Assembly (NCBI GenBank): GCA_017451295.1
Contig: JAFSPW010000057.1
Location: forward strand, 8,227 to 72,226
Reading direction: 5' to 3'
Source: Clostridia bacterium
GTDB taxonomy: Bacteria > Bacillota > Clostridia > Christensenellales > CAG-138
DNA length: 64,000 nucleotides
Under the pieces are notes generated by a model. It was not told the DNA's origin and ran no database searches. It saw only the letters and a list, made by a program, of their open reading frames with translations. Each line of letters begins with the position of its first letter. Within the stretch, counting starts at the first letter, position 1. Shown one piece after another: positions 61,594 to 64,000 of this stretch. Position numbers and translations under genes: made by a program.

Positions 61594-61596
61594 GCC

Positions 61597-62898
61597 ATGG
61601 CCAATATTACGGTGGTGGGCGCAGGTTTGGCCGGAGCGGAGGCGGCCTGGCAGCTGTGTGAACGGGGCCATCAGGTGACCTTGCGGGAGATGAAGCCCCA
61701 AAAGCATTCGCCTGCCCATCAGAGGGACAGCTTTGCAGAGCTGGTGTGCTCCAACTCCCTGCGTTCGGATCGGCTGGAAAACGCCGTGGGTCTGCTCAAG
61801 GAGGAGCTGCGGGCGCTGGACTCCCTCATCCTTGCCTGCGCCGATGCAACCCGGGTTCCTGCCGGCGGCGCCCTGGCGGTGGACAGGGAGGGGTTCACCC
61901 AACTGGTGACGAAAAAGCTCCTGTCCCATAAGAACCTGACCTATATCCCCGGTGAGGTGGAGGATATTCCCGATGCGCCCTGCATCATTGCCACGGGACC
62001 TTTGACCTCCGGCACCCTGTACGAGCGTATCGGGGAACGGGTAGGCGCACCGCTGCACTTCTATGATGCGGCGGCACCCATTGTGGCCAAGGATTCCCTG
62101 GACTTTTCCAAGGTGTTTGCCGCCTCCCGCTATGGCCGGGGGGAGGACTATCTAAACTGCCCCATGACGAAGGAGGAGTATTTCACCTTCTACCACGCCC
62201 TCATCACAGCCGAAACGGCTCAGCTGCACAGCTTTGAAACGCCCCGGGTCTTTGAAGGCTGTATGCCGGTGGAGGTCATGGCCAAGCGCGGGGAGATGAC
62301 CCTGGCCTATGGCCCTCTCAAGCCCGTGGGCTTGGAGGTGGAGGGGAAGATGCCCTTTGCCGTGGTGCAGCTTCGACAGGACGATGCCAAGGGGCAGCTA
62401 TACAACATCGTGGGTTTCCAAACCAACCTGAAGTTTGGGGAGCAAAAGCGGGTGTTCTCCCTGATTCCGGGGCTGCAAAACGCAGAGTTTGTCCGCTACG
62501 GGGTCATGCACCGCAACAGCTTTTTACCCTCTCCCGGGGTGCTGAACTGGGACTACAGCCTAAGAAGTAATCCCCTTATCTGCTTTGCCGGGCAGATGAC
62601 CGGTGTGGAAGGCTATGTGGAGAGCGCTTCCAGCGGGCTCATGGCGGCACTGAGCCTCCACGAAAAACTGCTGGGCCGGGAGCCGGTGGACTTTACGGAC
62701 CAAACCGCCATCGGCGCCTTGGGACACTATGTGTCCGAGTATGCGGGCAAGGACTTCCAACCCATGAATGTAACCTTCGGCATCATGGCACCGGCGGGAC
62801 AGCGCTTTAGGGGCAAACAGCAAAAGAACCTGTTCCTGTCCCAACGGGCCCTGGAGCAGGTGAAGACCTGCAAGTCCCGCCTGTCTGCGGGCATATAG
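61597..62898 (+). CDS. trmFO: methylenetetrahydrofolate--tRNA-(uracil54-C5)-methyltransferase TrmFO
   Basis: VVGAGLAGAEAAWQL (FAD fold) and the conserved ELVCSNSLR. It is in the topA-trmFO synteny. Confidence 0.95.
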   Translation: MANITVVGAGLAGAEAAWQLCERGHQVTLREMKPQKHSPAHQRDSFAELVCSNSLRSDRLENAVGLLKEELRALDSLILACADATRVPAGGALAVDREGFTQLVTKKLLSHKNLTYIPGEVEDIPDAPCIIATGPLTSGTLYERIGERVGAPLHFYDAAAPIVAKDSLDFSKVFAASRYGRGEDYLNCPMTKEEYFTFYHALITAETAQLHSFETPRVFEGCMPVEVMAKRGEMTLAYGPLKPVGLEVEGKMPFAVVQLRQDDAKGQLYNIVGFQTNLKFGEQKRVFSLIPGLQNAEFVRYGVMHRNSFLPSPGVLNWDYSLRSNPLICFAGQMTGVEGYVESASSGLMAALSLHEKLLGREPVDFTDQTAIGALGHYVSEYAGKDFQPMNVTFGIMAPAGQRFRGKQQKNLFLSQRALEQVKTCKSRLSAGI

Positions 62899-62946
62899 GC
62901 TCGGTCGTTGCATAGGGTATACCAAACCGAAAGGGGGGGTGTTCCC

Positions 62947-63612
62947 GTGAAGCGAGTATTACTATTGGTTTTGCTGACCGTCGGCCTTTTGCTGCCGGCT
63001 ATGGGAGGCAATACGCCGCCCCATAGGGCGGTAACCCTGGAGGTGCCCACACCCTTTAATAGCGCCACTTTGTCGCCCAGGAAAGAGCCGGTGCCCACGC
63101 CGCTGCAGGGGTTTATTAAGCAGACCAAAGCCCGGCAGGAGGCCGCCGCAGCCCTTTATCAAAGGGAGGTAAAGCAGCTGACGGCAGAGGCGGAAGCCTT
63201 GCCCCTGCTGTCGGACTATGCCGCTATCCATGAGGTGGAGCCGGAGGCGGTGCTCTTGGCGGCTCGGGTGGCTATGCTGGAGGGCGGTTTTCAGGAGGAC
63301 AGCGCCCGGGCGGTGCTCTCCGTCATCTACAACCGGTGCATGGCCCCTCGCTTTGGGGGCGGGGTCACCGACATCGCCAGGGAGGTGTTTCGCAAGGGGC
63401 AGTTCTCCGTTATCGGCCACAAGCATTTTGACACCCTGGAGGTGCCGGACAAGATGCTGGATTGGGCCTGGGATGTGTTCTTGAACGGCAACACCAGCCT
63501 GCCGGACAACGTGCTGTTCTTCTGTGCACAGCGCATGGGAAAGGGCTGGGGCAACCGAAAGTATTATAAAAACATTGGGGGCAACCTGTTTTTTTACGGC
63601 AGCACCCAATGA
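62947..63612 (+). CDS. cell wall hydrolase (SleB/CwlJ Hydrolase_2-like), secreted
   Basis: GTG 62947 after a G-rich SD, with a signal peptide. C-terminal VIYNRCMAPRFGG...GQFSVIG...FFCAQ pattern. Confidence 0.7.
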   Translation: MKRVLLLVLLTVGLLLPAMGGNTPPHRAVTLEVPTPFNSATLSPRKEPVPTPLQGFIKQTKARQEAAAALYQREVKQLTAEAEALPLLSDYAAIHEVEPEAVLLAARVAMLEGGFQEDSARAVLSVIYNRCMAPRFGGGVTDIAREVFRKGQFSVIGHKHFDTLEVPDKMLDWAWDVFLNGNTSLPDNVLFFCAQRMGKGWGNRKYYKNIGGNLFFYGSTQ

Positions 63613-63630
63613 AAGTGGAAAGAGTGAAAC

Positions 63631-64000
63631 ATGAGGAAAAGAAAATCAGAATTGAAAGTGAAGCTGATTCCCCTGGGCGGCCTGGGGGAGATTGGCAAAA
63701 ACATGACCCTGTTGGAGTGCGGGGAGGATATTATCGTCATTGACTGCGGTCTGGCGTTCCCCGATGATGAGATGCCCGGCATCGACGTGGTGATACCGGA
63801 CATGACCTATCTCAAGGAGAACAGGGACAAGCTCAAGGGGTTCTTGATTACCCACGGCCATGAGGACCATATCGGCGCCCTGCCCTATGCTTTAAGGGAC
63901 TTCGATGTCCCGGTGTACGGCACGGACTTGACCGTGGCCCTTATCGAGCACAAGCTTCAGGAGATGCATGTGAGCAACCGGACCCTGACCGTGGTGAAGC
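63631..64000 (+). CDS. rnj: ribonuclease J, N-terminal fragment running off the window
   Basis: VKLIPLGGLGEIGKNMTLLECGEDIIVIDCG...ITHGHEDHIGALPY (MBL motif). The frame stays open to the end of the window. Confidence 0.85.
   Translation, partial: MRKRKSELKVKLIPLGGLGEIGKNMTLLECGEDIIVIDCGLAFPDDEMPGIDVVIPDMTYLKENRDKLKGFLITHGHEDHIGALPYALRDFDVPVYGTDLTVALIEHKLQEMHVSNRTLTVVK

Overview
This is a 64-kb chromosomal segment from a high-GC, spore-forming Firmicute. It looks Clostridia/Oscillospiraceae-like, but the taxon is inferred only from gene content (spoIVB, spo0A, sleB-like) and GC-rich codon usage. All domain calls were made by eye from the translations, with no searches run.

Most of the window is conserved housekeeping synteny:
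- secA-prfB, hpf, and T-box-controlled pheST
- an aromatic-amino-acid-type ABC importer
- infC-rpmI-rplT
- spoIVB-spo0A, deoB, scpAB
- the ylxM-ffh-rpsP-KH-rimM-trmD-rplS-rbgA-rnhB-yraN block
- two GT-C glycosyltransferases
- comM-dprA-topA-trmFO and the start of RNase J

The main finding is a ~9.8-kb island at 22.1-32.0 kb whose codon usage clearly differs from its flanks. It carries a tightly packed five-gene minus-strand operon. Three paralogous membrane proteins have a cytosolic TIR or TIR-like domain, one TM helix and extracytoplasmic leucine-rich repeats, which mirrors Toll-like-receptor topology. They are followed by an HD phosphohydrolase with a RyR-like C-terminus and a SLOG-like domain fused to four TM helices (SLATT-like). 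I interpret this as a candidate, apparently undescribed, surface-sensing TIR/SLOG nucleotide-signalling system related to Thoeris.

Other notable observations:
- A 29-codon, tyrosine-codon-rich leader ORF has its own promoter and terminator upstream of the ABC importer, suggesting ribosome-mediated attenuation.
- An orphan RiPP-like cluster (PqqD/RRE, HprK-like kinase, S24 peptidase, ABC exporter) has no obvious precursor gene.
- A 2 x 136-bp tandem repeat has 20-bp inverted arms that co-vary between the two copies.
- Two Spo0A paralogues sit in tandem and appear translationally coupled.
- A D,D-carboxypeptidase homologue has lost all three catalytic motifs.
- trmO appears to be leaderless.
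- infC appears to start at ATC.
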